DNA from: Naegleria gruberi
Lineage: Eukaryota
Assembly: GCA_000004985.1 (NCBI GenBank)
Contig: GG738931.1
Reading direction: 5' to 3' (one strand)
Length of the DNA stretch: 64,000 bases
In this document: positions 62,709 through 64,000 of the stretch, piece after piece
How the letters are laid out: each line of letters starts with the position of its first letter
How positions within the stretch are numbered: position 1 is the first letter of the stretch
Notes under the pieces: model-generated
The model's database searches: none
Seen by the model: the letters and a program-made list of their open reading frames with translations, nothing else
Told to the model about the DNA's origin: nothing
Translations under genes and position numbers: made by a program

Positions 62709-64000
62709 TTACAACACTGTTTTCTTTGAAAAGTTGGAGATGATTTCATCGATTTCTTCTTCATTTACTTCATTTTCTGAATCGGAATCATCCACTTCTT
62801 TGAGAAACGCTATTTTAGGAAAGTGATTGCTTTCAGAAAACGCCAAAATTTCAGGAACGACACAAAGTTTACACTGGAAATCATCAGAAAATAGAATGTG
62901 ATCGATCTTTCGTCCAGATTTTGTGGTTCTCTGTTTGGATTGATCAATTGATGAGAAATGTGAAATTGAATGAATCTTTTCAAGGTTCAGCTCAGTATTC
63001 CAATCACCTGCACATACGAAAGACTTTCGTTTAAGTTTGGACGAAATATAGTTAAAGAGCTCTTCCAATTCTTCTTCTCTTTCTCGTGTAATGGTATTGG
63101 AAAGATGAACATTGATCATTGTTGGATTAATTGACCTCATTCCCTGAAATCCAAACTCTTTCTCAATTAACGAATACTTTTCACTCCACATAATTACCCC
63201 AAAATCGTCTGATTTCTTATTGAAACGTTTCAGATTTTGAATGGCAAAGAATTCCTTATCAAATCTTTTCACAAATGCATCACAAGCTCCATTCTCTCCA
63301 GTAGCAAATTCTTGAAAGAATGAAAGATCACACTTTTCAATTAATTCGCCATGTTTTTCCTTAAATGTCTTGACCATTGACTTGCTTGTTGGGTTGCTGC
63401 CTGGAAGATTCCAAGAAATGACGACAAGACTTTTTGGATAGTATTCTTTCCATAATTGAATGATTTGAATAAGAGAGTTGACAATGATATCATCTATGGA
63501 TTGGGGAAGTTTCGATTCTTCATCGCCAGTGGTTTCAACAGATTCGTCTAAAATTTGAGAATAAAATTGTAAACGATAGTGAGTGAGGAATAGTTTTTCA
63601 AATAAAGAAACATCACATTCGTAATATTTTCTATCAGAATCAACAAATAATTCGAATAATAGTGTTGCACATCTTTCCTTAGCTTTTTCAACACACTCAG
63701 AAATGGAAATATAAGAAGTCAACCCAACCAACAATGAATCCTCAACGAACAAATTATTTTCACTCTTGTAAATCTCATCAGCTCCATGCTTTTGATTAAA
63801 TTTGATACCAATCACTGCTTTTCTGAAAAATTCATTAATTTCCAAGCACAAATCAAGGTGTGAAATGTCGGAATGTGTTTTTAACTTTCTAAATGGCTCA
63901 ATAATTAATTGATGTTGAGTATTGGGAAGGAGGGATTTTGAAAATGCAGATTTTTCATCATTTAATTCTTTCAGCACAGTGATGAAATTATTGTTCAATT
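62709..64000 (-). CDS. endonuclease/exonuclease/phosphatase (EEP) family phosphodiesterase, 5'-partial (the N-terminus lies beyond the window end)
   Basis: The C-terminal motif GRKIDHILFSDDF is the conserved EEP His/Asp motif. An acidic tail. The ORF is open to the window edge. Confidence 0.55.
   Translation of the reverse strand, partial: LNNNFITVLKELNDEKSAFSKSLLPNTQHQLIIEPFRKLKTHSDISHLDLCLEINEFFRKAVIGIKFNQKHGADEIYKSENNLFVEDSLLVGLTSYISISECVEKAKERCATLLFELFVDSDRKYYECDVSLFEKLFLTHYRLQFYSQILDESVETTGDEESKLPQSIDDIIVNSLIQIIQLWKEYYPKSLVVISWNLPGSNPTSKSMVKTFKEKHGELIEKCDLSFFQEFATGENGACDAFVKRFDKEFFAIQNLKRFNKKSDDFGVIMWSEKYSLIEKEFGFQGMRSINPTMINVHLSNTITREREEELEELFNYISSKLKRKSFVCAGDWNTELNLEKIHSISHFSSIDQSKQRTTKSGRKIDHILFSDDFQCKLCVVPEILAFSESNHFPKIAFLKEVDDSDSENEVNEEEIDEIISNFSKKTVL

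Noticed and set aside
1-64000. Prokaryote-style features (CRISPR arrays, operons, Shine-Dalgarno sites, rho-independent terminators, defence islands)
   Set aside because: The sequence is eukaryotic: spliceosomal introns, an intron-containing tRNA-Tyr, a Pol III T-run terminator, a 5S gene, and PTEN/RGS/SH3/F-box genes. No direct-repeat/spacer arrays are present.

Overview
This is a eukaryotic nuclear window from a draft assembly with four N-gaps (23731-23780, 50551-50600, 58414-59179, 60995-61198). It is AT-rich and extremely gene-dense: I count about 45 protein-coding genes in 64 kb, with intergenic spacers often under 100 bp and several convergent 3' ends within 15-45 bp. Introns are short (40-110 nt), with GTAAGT/GTATGT/GTAGGT donors and pyrimidine-rich ...CAG/TAG acceptors. 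Proteins carry poly-N/Q/S/H tracts. Taken together with the gene content (many F-box proteins, Zn2Cys6 factor, PTEN, RGS, copine-like C2, ABP1, FEX) this suggests a compact amoebozoan (dictyostelid-like) or similar protist genome. That placement is inference, not a demonstrated result.

The supplied ORF track allows non-ATG starts (TTG/GTG/ATT are printed as M). As a result many multi-exon genes appear as fragments. I rejoined them by hand using splice-site phase.

Recognisable genes, in window order:
- a ZZ-finger + acyl-AMP-ligase + PCP + thioester-reductase (NRPS-like, CAR-like) enzyme
- a two-repeat CrcB/FEX fluoride exporter
- an F-box + Ras-like GTPase fusion with a CAAX box
- a His-rich pseudo-GTPase
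- six F-box proteins, two of them RNI-type LRR proteins
- a RidA homolog
- a CPBP intramembrane protease
- an actin-related protein
- a thioredoxin-like + RGS fusion
- a PPT2-like thioesterase
- an MFS transporter
- a tandem Zn(II)2Cys6 protein
- a protein kinase with a long N-terminal extension
- a secreted S9 peptidase
- an ABP1/drebrin-like ADF-H + SH3 protein
- a double-C2 protein
- a 1010-aa secreted NHL-repeat protein
- PTEN
- a TatD nuclease
- an EEP phosphodiesterase
- a secreted Q/P/Y-rich low-complexity protein.

The most unusual locus is a Pol III island at 49.6-52.3 kb. It holds two inverted copies of an intron-containing tRNA-Tyr(GUA), a dispersed 5S rRNA gene with a T5 terminator, a truncated tRNA-like fragment, and a single-copy divergent ubiquitin-like gene (13/76 substitutions relative to canonical ubiquitin). 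No prokaryotic-type features (CRISPR, operons) are present. Exon coordinates below were derived by hand and should be treated as models.
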